From assembly GCA_003138795.1 (NCBI GenBank), contig PLHC01000062.1, forward strand, positions 31,410-95,409: a stretch of 64,000 nucleotides of DNA, read 5' to 3'. The notes under the pieces are model-generated. The model did not search any database. It saw nothing but the letters and a program-made list of their open reading frames with translations, and was not told the origin of the DNA. Position 1 is the first letter of the stretch; each line of letters starts with the position of its first letter. The position numbers and the translations under genes were made by a program. Origin of the DNA: Granulicella sp. Lineage in GTDB: Bacteria > Acidobacteriota > Terriglobia > Terriglobales > Acidobacteriaceae. Shown here piece after piece: positions 36,243 through 45,420 of the stretch.

Positions 36243-37805
36243 CTACTGGGGCGCGGCTGGAGCGGGGCTGGCAGCCGCCCCTCCCCCGTTGGCACCAAAA
36301 GAGCCTGAAGACGAGCTATCGATCAACAGCGGCTTCTCCGGTTGCATAGCCTTAATTAATTGCTCCACGGGCATCGTTGCCGGTACGGGGGCTGGAAGCG
36401 CGCCAGCCGGTTTCATGTCCGGAGTATTCATGGGTATACCGGAGTTGGGCGGCAGGAACTTTGCCGGATATTTCAAATGAGGCAGGGGTGCGCCTACCGG
36501 TATTGGTTTTACGATTTCCGGTGTCACAATCACTATGAGTTCAGTATTTGTCTTATTTTTCGAGATTGACTGGAAAAACTTGCCAAGAATCGGGATGTCC
36601 CCTAGAAAAGGTATCTTCTGGAAGGTCTCGGTATCCCGATTGTCAAGCAGACCACCGATGGCAAAACTTTGGCCATCAGCCAGTTCGACCTCAGTGTTCA
36701 CTTTCCGGACATCAATGGCGGGGACATCAAATCCTGAGATCTCCACGGCATTAGTGAAGTCCAGCGAACTTACTTCGGGGGCAACCTGGAGGCGGATCGT
36801 TCCGCGGGGAGTAATGGTGGGAATGAAATTCAGGCGAATTCCATACTCTTTAAATTCAATCGTAACTGACGTACCTGTGCCCGAGGATCCCTGAACAACT
36901 GGATACGGATATTCTCCTCCAGCGAGGAAGCTGCCTTCTTTGCCGTTTTGCGCGAGGATGTTGGGCTCAGCAAGAACCTGCACCAGGCCCTTAACCTGTA
37001 ATGCTTGAATAGTTGCGCCCAGATTCAGGCCCGGAAAGAACGCAAGAAGGTTCAGGTCATTCGACAAAGTCGCCACTGCCGTCCCCGAACTGGGAAGGCT
37101 AAGCGTTGGCGGAGAAAACTGTCCCGTTGAAACCCCAGCCACAGTATTTCCCAGACCGGTACTGAAGAGGTTTATGCCGAGCTGATTGCTCAGGCTACGG
37201 TCGACGCTGGCAAAGATGACCTTGAGGAGAATCTGTGGTTCGGCGGGAGGAACTTGGACATCAAGTAGATTGACAACCTTACCCGCCGCTACGGCAGAGA
37301 CAATCTGCACGGCCCGACTCGAGCTGTTGATATCCTTGACTGTGCCGCGGAGGAAGATAGCGCCGCCCTCGGAGCTAACGGTAAGGGTTTGGCCTGGAAG
37401 ATCCTGTCTGAGCTCGCGACGTATCGCCTCCAGGTGGTCATTGTCCGTATAGATGCTAGAGTGAACCGTGACCGCAACAAACTCTCGGACGCCGCCATGT
37501 TCCCAAATGATCAGACTGGTTTCCCCAGGCGCTTTTCCGCTCACCAGAATCTCGGAGGGGCTAATCGCGGTGGCTACGGCGATATCGCCGATGCCGACGG
37601 CGACCCGCTGCACGGGTAAGGCACAGTCGAGCACCACGGATTCGCCCACGACAACCGAGAGTGCCTTCACCGTATCCAGCCTGCGGGAGGGGGCAGATTG
37701 GGAGACAGGCCTTGAAGTCTGAGCAAGCAAAGACGAATCAGCGTAGACACAAAATAATAATGCGCCGTAAAAGGCCCTGACCATAGAAGCTTTGGTTCTT
37801 ATCAT
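36243..37805 (-). CDS. cpaC: Flp pilus secretin CpaC/RcpA
   Basis: 520 aa with a signal peptide, an N-terminal pilus-formation/BON-like region and a C-terminal secretin domain (LAEPNILAQNGKEGSFLAGGEYPYPV..., IPFLGDIPILGKFF). Confidence 0.9.
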   Translation of the reverse strand: MIRTKASMVRAFYGALLFCVYADSSLLAQTSRPVSQSAPSRRLDTVKALSVVVGESVVLDCALPVQRVAVGIGDIAVATAISPSEILVSGKAPGETSLIIWEHGGVREFVAVTVHSSIYTDNDHLEAIRRELRQDLPGQTLTVSSEGGAIFLRGTVKDINSSSRAVQIVSAVAAGKVVNLLDVQVPPAEPQILLKVIFASVDRSLSNQLGINLFSTGLGNTVAGVSTGQFSPPTLSLPSSGTAVATLSNDLNLLAFFPGLNLGATIQALQVKGLVQVLAEPNILAQNGKEGSFLAGGEYPYPVVQGSSGTGTSVTIEFKEYGIRLNFIPTITPRGTIRLQVAPEVSSLDFTNAVEISGFDVPAIDVRKVNTEVELADGQSFAIGGLLDNRDTETFQKIPFLGDIPILGKFFQSISKNKTNTELIVIVTPEIVKPIPVGAPLPHLKYPAKFLPPNSGIPMNTPDMKPAGALPAPVPATMPVEQLIKAMQPEKPLLIDSSSSGSFGANGGGAAASPAPAAPQ

Positions 37806-38653
37806 TCTCCCCCGGGAGCAGTAAATTTTTGTTCGCTTCGCTGTAGTCCGTTGAACACTTCAACCGAATAGAACCGCGGTTCTGTTTTAGTCGCGATTTT
37901 GGAGCCGCCGACAGTAATCAATTTTGGCGCGACTGGTTTGTTATTTGCAAAGAGAGTAGACATGGCGGTTCCCGGAATCTGAACAATCTTTGTATCCAGC
38001 GGGTTGCGCAGCACGAGCTGGAGATGCACCTGATTGCTGGCCAGGCTCAGAACCTCTGCCTGCTCCGGCGATACAAGCAGGTTAACTACCTGAACCTGCT
38101 GCGGCTTGCCTTCCGCGTCCTTTTGAATATCCGTGCCTGCTGAGAGCACCTCTATATTCTGAAGGAGTGTCTTCACTTGAGGCCCGTCACTCGAATTCGG
38201 TTGGCCGGGAGGGTTGCCCGACATCAGCACATCCACACGCATTCCGGGAGTGACGAATCCAGCCACGCCTACGACCTCATCGACCTTGACTGCACAGGCT
38301 CTCATCCCCTGACGAATGGTGGCTGCCAATCCGCCACCGGAGCCGACAGCCGCCAGACGACTATCCACAATGGGTTCGCCTTGATAGAGGTCGGAAATCA
38401 CTCCACGGCCTATCGCGTTCTCAGACTTCAGAATGGCCCCCTTGGGAAGGGGTCCTGCAATCTCGATGGTTGTCAGATTACCAGCATTGAGAATGGTCCC
38501 GAGCTTGATATCCCCAGCAGCCGCAACCACGCGAGTGGTGGCTGCCTGGTGTGTCACCCCCAGGCGGTTGCCAACTACCCGAAAGACGAGATAGGCGCAT
38601 CCGGCGGCAACGACGAAAGCAGAGAGAAGGATGGTCAATACTCTTTGGTTCAT
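37802..38653 (-). CDS. cpaB: Flp pilus assembly protein CpaB/RcpC
   Basis: N-terminal TM, SAF-like domain (VVAAAGDIKLGTILNAGNLT) and RcpC C-terminal region. ATGA overlap with cpaC. Confidence 0.85.
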   Translation of the reverse strand: MNQRVLTILLSAFVVAAGCAYLVFRVVGNRLGVTHQAATTRVVAAAGDIKLGTILNAGNLTTIEIAGPLPKGAILKSENAIGRGVISDLYQGEPIVDSRLAAVGSGGGLAATIRQGMRACAVKVDEVVGVAGFVTPGMRVDVLMSGNPPGQPNSSDGPQVKTLLQNIEVLSAGTDIQKDAEGKPQQVQVVNLLVSPEQAEVLSLASNQVHLQLVLRNPLDTKIVQIPGTAMSTLFANNKPVAPKLITVGGSKIATKTEPRFYSVEVFNGLQRSEQKFTAPGGE

Positions 38654-38705
38654 TCAGAATCCTGTGTGAATGGCTATGGAGACAGTTGAGCTTCTACTCT
38701 GTTGA

Positions 38706-38721
38706 GGCAATTACTCTGCCA
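38706..38721 (-). promoter_or_regulatory. sigma-54-type -24/-12 promoter candidate upstream of cpaB-cpaC
   Basis: Minus strand TGGCAGAGTAATTGCC compared with consensus TGGCAC-N5-TTGCW (GG-N10-GC exact, TTGC present). The -12 GC lies 54 nt upstream of ATG 38653. Confidence 0.6.
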
Positions 38722-38938
38722 AAGGGTTGAGGATCATGGTCACTCTGAATCATAGGTATAGATGGGAACATGCCAAGCAGGTGTAAACAAGTGTATACGA
38801 ACCGTAGGTCCAGTGTAACGGCGAGACACGTTCGGACTCGTGCCACTCCACTGCCGCGGAAACTTTATGGCGAAATCACATCTCACGCAGGCGCACCTGG
38901 TAGGGAAAAAATGCTCACCCGCCGCCTCCTTAAGGTAT

Positions 38939-39151
38939 CTACGTCGTGCCGTCGGGGATCAACCGTGCGACGGTAAAATCCATCGCAATCTCCGTGAAGA
39001 TCTGATTCAGGTTCGTGGTGGGTTGAGAGGCTGATACGCAGGTACTGCTGGACCCGCTTTGGGTGTAATCGGAGAAAAAATACTGCGTAGCGGAGGCGAT
39101 GCCCTCCATCGTCGCGCATGGCGTGAGAGCTGGATTCGTCGCTGCATTACG
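38939..39151 (-). pseudogene. possible C-terminal remnant of a vWA/TadG-type pilus-associated protein
   Basis: Own translation of a stop-to-stop frame: RNAATNPALTPCATMEGIASATQYFFSDYTQSGSSSTCVSASQPTTNLNQIFTEIAMDFTVARLIPDGTT*. The pattern ..CA(T/S)....YF.......L...F..I......RL resembles the tails of vWA-domain Tad proteins. No intact upstream ORF exists. The family call is tentative. Confidence 0.3.
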
Positions 39152-39310
39152 TCAGCCCGATGCAGTTCGAACAAGACTGGACAGAAGCGACGATGAAGAT
39201 CGCCGCCTGAGAGTCCGGGGGGACCGAGGCAGGCGACGAGGATAAATATCTCCTCAAACCGACTGGTTATGGGATACGCATTCTGAGGGCAAGGTCACTC
39301 AAGTTGCCCG

Positions 39311-39781
39311 CTAGTCTTGAATTGTCTCTATCGAGGTGCTGGAGAGAGGAATGGAGGTGGAGAAGAATGGAATATTCAGTTTGAATGAATAACTTACATT
39401 CACCTCAACCTGGCATCCCTGACTGTATTGCGCGCATGTGCTGCCGGCCGCCGTTGTAGTCAGCCAGGTAACCGTAATGTTGCTTGCCGTCAAGTTGAGG
39501 CCGGGGTGCGCCAGGCCCAATTCGTAGTTTTGCACGTCGACCGCCGTAGCCTTGCAGCCATAGCTGCTCACCGACGCGCAGGGACTTGTCCAATTCGAAC
39601 CGCGCACCATGGCATATCGCGTCCCTTGCTGAGCGGCGATCGCGACAAAATTGCCTGCATATATTACCAGACAGAACTCAATGATACCGAAGATCAACGT
39701 GAAGAAGATCGTGGCAGCAAGGGCGAATTCAACTGATTCGGCGCCGTCTTCGTCACAAACGAGGCTCTTCACTCTTCGCAT
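39311..39781 (-). CDS. TadE/TadF-like pseudopilin
   Basis: N-terminal DEDGAESVEFALAATIFFTLIFGIIEF is the TadE-like motif (G-x-x-x-x-E-F followed by a hydrophobic helix). Confidence 0.8.
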   Translation of the reverse strand: MRRVKSLVCDEDGAESVEFALAATIFFTLIFGIIEFCLVIYAGNFVAIAAQQGTRYAMVRGSNWTSPCASVSSYGCKATAVDVQNYELGLAHPGLNLTASNITVTWLTTTAAGSTCAQYSQGCQVEVNVSYSFKLNIPFFSTSIPLSSTSIETIQD

Positions 39782-39940
39782 CTTGATCCTTCAACAAACT
39801 TTCAACAGCGTATATCTATCCCAAAGTGCGTGCAACTAGTACTGTGACCGTGTAATTCTGTACCTTCCCATGTCCCAAAATCGGGACCTGGGGCACTCAA
39901 TTCATGCTTGTCAACATGTCCTAATCACGCGGTTACGGCA

Positions 39941-40414
39941 CTAGTTGCCGCGTACGGTGGCCGTGGCAGACAAAGTTATGGAGCTTGGGATACCCGGCCA
40001 ATGCACCATCGTCGTATAGACTGACGAGGTTGTGACTTGGACCCTATGTACAACATTGCCGCCCCGAGTAGCGTTTACCACGCAGACCGGAGTAGTCGAG
40101 CAGTTTCCATAGTACGAAGTGCCATCGCTGCATTCACAGCCCCATGTTGGCGCCGTCACAGTCAGGTTAGACAAATTCGGAGCGCTTTGCCGGGCCGCCG
40201 CGGTGATGCCAGCCGTAAGGGTGGGGTTTATCGATCCGTATTCCGCTCCAGCATGTGCGGCGTTCTCCACCTCGAGGTCCACATAATACGCGCGGCCAAG
40301 GTCGACGGCCCCAATTACGAGCAGCAATAAAATCGGAGTCACAAGGGCCAACTCGACGAGGGCTGCGCCATGATTGGCTTTGCAGAGGACGCAGAGACGC
40401 GCTAGAAATTTCAT
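39941..40414 (-). CDS. TadE/TadF-like pseudopilin
   Basis: N-terminal NHGAALVELALVTPILLLLVIGAVDLGRAYY matches the TadE-like motif. Confidence 0.8.
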   Translation of the reverse strand: MKFLARLCVLCKANHGAALVELALVTPILLLLVIGAVDLGRAYYVDLEVENAAHAGAEYGSINPTLTAGITAAARQSAPNLSNLTVTAPTWGCECSDGTSYYGNCSTTPVCVVNATRGGNVVHRVQVTTSSVYTTMVHWPGIPSSITLSATATVRGN

Positions 40415-40417
40415 CGA

Positions 40418-41734
40418 CTACTCCGCCAGTGCTATGGTTGCTGAACCGTTGGCCGCACCGCTGCCGCCAGGGCAAACTCCACCCGGCATTGAGGAGCAAC
40501 TAAGGGATATGGCTGAGTTCAGCATAAGTGATTGCGACTCAACCATACCGTAGGCGACTGCAGTGCTGCCGCCATTCAGCGTAAGCTGCGCGTCGGGAAG
40601 GTAGATTGCCCCCTTCCAACTCGAACTGGAGGACGAATCCAGGATCATCGAACTGGAATCGGTTGTAGCCTGCCAGATCAACATCCCAGCGGTAGTACCT
40701 GTCGCAGGTGCGGACAGAGTCATAGTTGAGGCGCTATTCATAGTTAGCGACCCATTCGCAAAATAGATGGTCACGTTAGATCCAGTGAGGTTCACGCCAC
40801 CAACGACCATGCTGCCGCCAAAGTAGTACAAGCCAGAGGCAAGGGTTACGGTGTAGCCGCTCGAGTTGAAATTGAGGCCGCTCGAATAGTAACCAGGCTG
40901 CAACGTTGTGGCGCCCCCGACTGGATTACAGCAGGTGGATGAAGTGGCCGGTTGGGTGGGCTTAGTAATGGTGCCGGCTGTAATTTCGGCGGCGATGGGG
41001 TCAGGTACCACCGCAGCGCCTGTTGTGGGCGTGGGAGTATAAGATCCACCGTTATCCGTGACGGTTCCGTGAACAGTATAGGAGCCGACGTTCACTGTGG
41101 CGCCGCTGTCCTCCATCACTGCGGGTGTCCCATTCGAGTCGACGTTGACGCCGCAAGTGGAACCCGAGGCATCCGTTATGCTGGCACCCGAGTTAAGCGT
41201 CAAGGTTTGGCCGGAAGTCCCCGTGACATTCAAGCAGGGGCTGGCCGCGCTTGATTTACCGGCTTCCGCCCGGGCAGAGATTTGGACTGTGCTTACGCCG
41301 AAGATTTTCGCAAAGAAAGTTGGTTTCTGCTCAGTAACCAAAGCTTCCACGTAATTTTTATTCAGGTTATTCGGATCGCTGGCGCCCAGCGCGCAGGGGC
41401 CGTTGTTGATCGTCAGGAGCAGGCCCGTCCCGGACGCCGCCGCGCATTGCAGGAATAGGGTAGGCGCTGGGCTCCCGCCCTCCGTCAACGCCGTAGTCGC
41501 GGCGGTTTGTATCACGGCGCAGTTGGGCGTCCCGCATGCGCTGGCCTCCAGCGCTCCCGCCATTGCTGCGGCATCGGCAAACGTCTGCAACTGGCGCTGT
41601 GTGCAGAAGAGATTGCCTATATCGATAACAATTGCCAAAAATGAAAGCAGCATTGTCACACTCAGCGCTGCCAGTACGAGTATATTCCCGCGCTCGTCTC
41701 TCAGCAATCCTCTCAGCATTCTCATCGTTTCCAT
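40418..41734 (-). CDS. TadG-like pilus assembly protein (Thr/Ser/Gly-rich beta-rich C-terminal region)
   Basis: N-terminal LRDERGNILVLAALSVTMLLSFLAIVIDIGNLFCTQRQLQTFADAAAMAGA is the TadG-type (putative Flp pilus-assembly TadE/G-like) motif. The start is uncertain (41734, 41725, 41719 or 41815). Confidence 0.75.
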   Translation of the reverse strand: METMRMLRGLLRDERGNILVLAALSVTMLLSFLAIVIDIGNLFCTQRQLQTFADAAAMAGALEASACGTPNCAVIQTAATTALTEGGSPAPTLFLQCAAASGTGLLLTINNGPCALGASDPNNLNKNYVEALVTEQKPTFFAKIFGVSTVQISARAEAGKSSAASPCLNVTGTSGQTLTLNSGASITDASGSTCGVNVDSNGTPAVMEDSGATVNVGSYTVHGTVTDNGGSYTPTPTTGAAVVPDPIAAEITAGTITKPTQPATSSTCCNPVGGATTLQPGYYSSGLNFNSSGYTVTLASGLYYFGGSMVVGGVNLTGSNVTIYFANGSLTMNSASTMTLSAPATGTTAGMLIWQATTDSSSMILDSSSSSSWKGAIYLPDAQLTLNGGSTAVAYGMVESQSLMLNSAISLSCSSMPGGVCPGGSGAANGSATIALAE

Positions 41735-42222
41735 CCTCACCCGATTGACCGTGTCCTCACAGCTCAGCACTCCAGGCCTTGCCCGGAGATCCAATAGGCT
41801 ATCCGCAGCACCCATCCGGCATGAGTCTTACCACCTGAGCTTACACAAGGCCATTTAGAAACCGCTGAGAATTTCGCGAACCGATTCTCAGGAGTCACCC
41901 AAATGGTGAGTATTGGCAATCTCACCATCGGCCATTTGCAAAACATTTTCAATTTGCATCCGGGTGGGAGGGAGTGGCCTATCCAGTCGGTGAGCCAGCT
42001 TCAGATCGCTGCCTTTAAAGCCCAAGAAATGAGATTGTCGGAGAGTTTGGTGTCTGAACGCCTCCAGAGACACCTGTTTGGCCTCCGAGTGCTGCTTTGC
42101 TTAACCCGGTTTTCCGTACCACTGCGCCTCAAACCCCGGAATCGCCCCAGGTGGCTCGCATACAGACCGCCACTCAGCAGCTTCTACAGAACTTTACGGA
42201 CTCAATCTAGATTATCCTCGCC

Positions 42223-43065
42223 CTATTCGCCGCTGTAAGAGTCTATCCAGAGCTCCGTATCTACCTTGTCATCCCCAAGGATTGCCATCAACGTGGATTG
42301 CTGCTGTGCCTCTGGCTGGACAAACACCAGGCCGATTCCATCCGTCTCCCAGCGGGTCACTCTCAACTGCACTGTGATCGAGTGTTTAGAGTTTTCATCC
42401 ACCTCGTCCGTCCTTTGCAGTGTCAACATGACCATCGTTCCTAAGGGCCAATATTTCTCAGTGAGCAGGTACAATCCGGTCGAACTGATATCCCTGATGC
42501 CGTTCACCACCAGAGTGGCCCCGCTCCAGTCATAGGCAACCAGCCGGGGCCACCGCTGCCGTCTGGCCCTCCGGTGATCCACGGTCAACCGTTTGGGAGA
42601 CCAGTGTTTTAGTGAATGCGTGCTCTCCATCTCTGGCACAAAGCCACTCATTTCACCCGGCGGCTCAAGGTTTGAGGTACTCCTCAGCCGGAACTCCATC
42701 TCCTCGGCCACACAGATCAACAGTTGATTGCCGGGCTTCGTCTGTGACGAATAAATTGTGTGGGCCGGCAGTGATAGCACACTTGCTGCATCAGTTCTCA
42801 ATCGGACAATACGCAATGTTGGAAAAGACTCGACGACGTGAATAACTCGATGATCATTGTCCAGATAAACCAGATCACGAGAAGAGAACACTCCAAATAC
42901 ATGATTGCTTTTACGACAAAACGCCCAGTAGTCCCCGTCGAACCGGAGTGTGCGCTTTCCAATTATTCCCTTGATGCGCGTCAGTGGGCTATCGGCAATA
43001 GTAACTCCTAAACTGAGAAAGCATTCGCATGTCTGGTTATACACACAGTATTTTTGTTTTTCCAT
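42223..43065 (-). CDS. DUF192-PilZ fusion protein (280 aa)
   Basis: The N-terminal half is paralogous to the DUF192 protein at 35678..36103 (V.N.T...AD...R.KG..G...H.FG...DLVYLD..HR.I.V...QT.PG). The C-terminal half carries PilZ motifs RRARR (RxxxR) and DISSTG (DxSxxG), which follows RRARR after a 22-residue gap. Confidence 0.75.
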   Translation of the reverse strand: MEKQKYCVYNQTCECFLSLGVTIADSPLTRIKGIIGKRTLRFDGDYWAFCRKSNHVFGVFSSRDLVYLDNDHRVIHVVESFPTLRIVRLRTDAASVLSLPAHTIYSSQTKPGNQLLICVAEEMEFRLRSTSNLEPPGEMSGFVPEMESTHSLKHWSPKRLTVDHRRARRQRWPRLVAYDWSGATLVVNGIRDISSTGLYLLTEKYWPLGTMVMLTLQRTDEVDENSKHSITVQLRVTRWETDGIGLVFVQPEAQQQSTLMAILGDDKVDTELWIDSYSGE

Positions 43066-43393
43066 TCGTCTTCTCCCCTAGGCAAGAACCCGACAACCGC
43101 GTGTTATCGTAAAGTTCTACTCTCCGATCAAATTTTCAAGTCTGTTCGCTTCATGTATTTTCTATCTCTGAGGCCAGCCGACTACGAATAAACTCCGCTT
43201 CGTCTGGAGTAAAGGAAGCAACTGTACCAACCAGTGAGCTAGGCCAGACCACACTTCATCTGCGCCTGCCCGCCTGACGATATCTGGGAGACACACGCCG
43301 TAAAAACGGCGGGTGTCTCGGCCAGCAGAACCAAGGTTGGCAAGCGAGCTCGGTAGTTTCCTGGCCTCACCAATCCTTGGCATTGCACGCATG

Positions 43394-43489
43394 CTATTTC
43401 ACGCGTGTGCGACGACGCTGAATCATAATGCCTAGTACGACAACGAACAGTACGCCGGCGATAATGCGGACAATCAAGTCATTTGCCAT
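43394..43489 (-). CDS. possible 31-aa small membrane protein
   Basis: Own translation: MANDLIVRIIAGVLFVVVLGIMIQRRRTRVK*. GGAGA lies 6 nt upstream of the ATG, 17 nt downstream of the tadC stop. It has one TM helix and a basic tail. It is below the ORF-track size cutoff. Confidence 0.35.
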   Translation of the reverse strand: MANDLIVRIIAGVLFVVVLGIMIQRRRTRVK

Positions 43490-43506
43490 ATGAAATCTCC
43501 TTTCTT

Positions 43507-44418
43507 TCAATGTGTGGTGAAATTTTTGAACGACTCAGACATGAGTATGAACGCAGGACCCAGTGTTACAAGAAAAAGGCAGGGGAAGATAAACAATACA
43601 AGTGGGAAGATCAATTTTATGGTGGTCTTCGCCGCCTGTTCCTCCACTGCCTGAACGCGCTGGGTTCTGAGTGTCTCGGAATGAGTGCGTAAAATCTTGG
43701 CGACGCTCGTTCCAAACTTTTCCGATTGCACCACCATGGAAACGAGGGTGCGCACAGTATCCACGTCGGTGCGTTCCGCCAGGTGTCTCCAGGCATCGGA
43801 ACGAGGGCGCCCGGCGCGTTGCTCCAGCACGACGACACCGAATTCATCGCTGATAGCTGGCTGGGCGCTGCTTAATTCCTGGGCCGCGCGCGCCATTGCT
43901 TGGTCTAGGCCCAGTCCCGCCTCGATGCAGATAATTAGCAGATCGAGCATGTCTGGCAAACCGAGCCGAATACGTGTTTGCCGGGCAGCAATCTTCCTCC
44001 CCATCCAGAAATCCGGCGCCAGATATCCGACGCCCAGAGCTGCGGCATAGACAATGAAAGGACTTTCGCTCGCGAGACCGCTGCACAGAACCGCGATACA
44101 GAGCGCAACCGGAACTAATACCTTCATGCCGTAGAAGACTTTGACGGCGGAGTCCGTGCGATAGCCAGCACGGATAAGACGCTGTTGCGCAACGGAGACT
44201 TCCGCCTGTGTCTTCGGCACGACGCGCTCGAATTGCTCCACCATGACGCCCAGCGAAGAACCAGTCTTTTGCAGGGTATCGGACAGGCTTCCCCGTTTCG
44301 TGCGCTGCGTGATCGCACGGGAGATCTGCTTGAGCATAGCTTCGCGATAGAACAGGAGTAGTCCGCCGCTCGCGATCAACAGAAATATGACACCAAATGC
44401 AAAGATCGCAAATCCCAT
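43507..44418 (-). CDS. tadC: Flp pilus assembly inner-membrane protein TadC (T2SS F family)
   Basis: 303 aa with an N-terminal TM, a cytoplasmic T2SSF domain (GLPDMLDLLIICIEAGLGLDQAM) and C-terminal TMs. Confidence 0.85.
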   Translation of the reverse strand: MGFAIFAFGVIFLLIASGGLLLFYREAMLKQISRAITQRTKRGSLSDTLQKTGSSLGVMVEQFERVVPKTQAEVSVAQQRLIRAGYRTDSAVKVFYGMKVLVPVALCIAVLCSGLASESPFIVYAAALGVGYLAPDFWMGRKIAARQTRIRLGLPDMLDLLIICIEAGLGLDQAMARAAQELSSAQPAISDEFGVVVLEQRAGRPRSDAWRHLAERTDVDTVRTLVSMVVQSEKFGTSVAKILRTHSETLRTQRVQAVEEQAAKTTIKLIFPLVLFIFPCLFLVTLGPAFILMSESFKNFTTH

Positions 44419-44427
44419 AGGTCTCCT

Positions 44428-45399
44428 TCAAACTTCCAGGTGAACGATCTTTTGAATGACTAAAGTACCAACTACCAGCATGCACCCAGCTCCACACAGT
44501 AGCTTGATGCCAATCGCGGTCTTCCACAAAAGGCTCATTGTATCGGGGTTGACGATATATAGGCCGATTCCGAGCGCCACGGGAAGAATCGTGAGTATCC
44601 ACCCTGTGAGGCGTCCTTGAGCGGTGTGGACCATGACCTGCCGCTTCAGGCGGAATCGTTGTCGGGTCACATAAGCAGTCTTTTCGAGGACCTCCGCAAG
44701 GTTTCCTCCGCTCTCCCTTTGAATCAGAATCGCCGTCACGGCGATTCTCAGATCCTGTAGTGGAACCCTGGTGATCATGTTTTCCAGGGCTGTGCGCAGT
44801 TCAAGGCCGAAGTTCTGCTCGTCGGAGCAAATGCGGAATTCGCAACCGATGGGGTCGGCGCACTCGCGAGTCACCAACCCTAATGCGGCGCTGAAACTGT
44901 GTCCGACTCGGAGGGCGCTTACCATCAGATCAAGAGCATCCGGCAACCCCTCTTCAAACTTACCGAAGCGTCGACTGCGCTGGAAGCGCACATATCCATA
45001 GGGCAACAATCCCAGGATTAACCCGCCCAGCAAACCACAGAGGAAGGACCCGGTTTGCAGGTCGATCAGATATGCCGGGAGCGCGAAGCAGGCGGCGCAC
45101 ATGAGAAGCAGCGCACCCACGGTCCATTTGAGATTGGCCTGATTCAGCAAGCTCTGCAGCTTCGGCACCAGATCGATCTTCAAAAGTCTGTGATTGATCC
45201 AGGGTATGGCGCTGAGCAGTTCACTCTTGCGGAAATCGACAATCGGAGCGCGCGGTTTCGGGCTGTCGGAAGCCAGAGCCGAATCGAACGTGGCGAGCAC
45301 TTGCTTGTTGTGCCCAGCGGCCGCGGACCCGCTCGCGACAAGCAGCAAAGCTACAACGGTGAAGACTCCGACGAACACCAGGACTATGAGCAATACCAT
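44428..45399 (-). CDS. tadB: Flp pilus assembly inner-membrane protein TadB (T2SS F family)
   Basis: 323 aa with a T2SSF domain (GLPDALDLMVSALRVGHSFSAAL). Paired with tadC, as in tad loci. Confidence 0.85.
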   Translation of the reverse strand: MVLLIVLVFVGVFTVVALLLVASGSAAAGHNKQVLATFDSALASDSPKPRAPIVDFRKSELLSAIPWINHRLLKIDLVPKLQSLLNQANLKWTVGALLLMCAACFALPAYLIDLQTGSFLCGLLGGLILGLLPYGYVRFQRSRRFGKFEEGLPDALDLMVSALRVGHSFSAALGLVTRECADPIGCEFRICSDEQNFGLELRTALENMITRVPLQDLRIAVTAILIQRESGGNLAEVLEKTAYVTRQRFRLKRQVMVHTAQGRLTGWILTILPVALGIGLYIVNPDTMSLLWKTAIGIKLLCGAGCMLVVGTLVIQKIVHLEV

Positions 45400-45420
45400 T
45401 TCTTCTAGCCCTCTACCTGC

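Noticed and set aside
38770-39034. Plus-strand ORFs 38770..38976 and 38840..39034 in the tadE-cpaB gap
   Set aside because: They are short, Arg-rich, overlapping, and opposite in direction to the whole locus. The minus strand carries the sigma-54 motif and the probable gene remnant instead.
41816-42222. ORFs in the 400-bp gap between the DUF192-PilZ gene and tadG (41888..42073 minus, 41764..41952 minus, 41903..42238 plus)
   Set aside because: No SD and no motif, and they overlap each other. Only a weak GG-N10-GC match (CGGGTTAAGCAAAGCA) with poor flanks was found, which is not convincing as a promoter either.
43216-43233. Sigma-54-like motif TGGTTGGTACAGTTGCTT (minus strand) upstream of the DUF192-PilZ gene
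   Set aside because: The GG and GC elements are separated by 11 nt rather than the invariant 10 nt. Sigma-54 promoters do not tolerate this spacing change.
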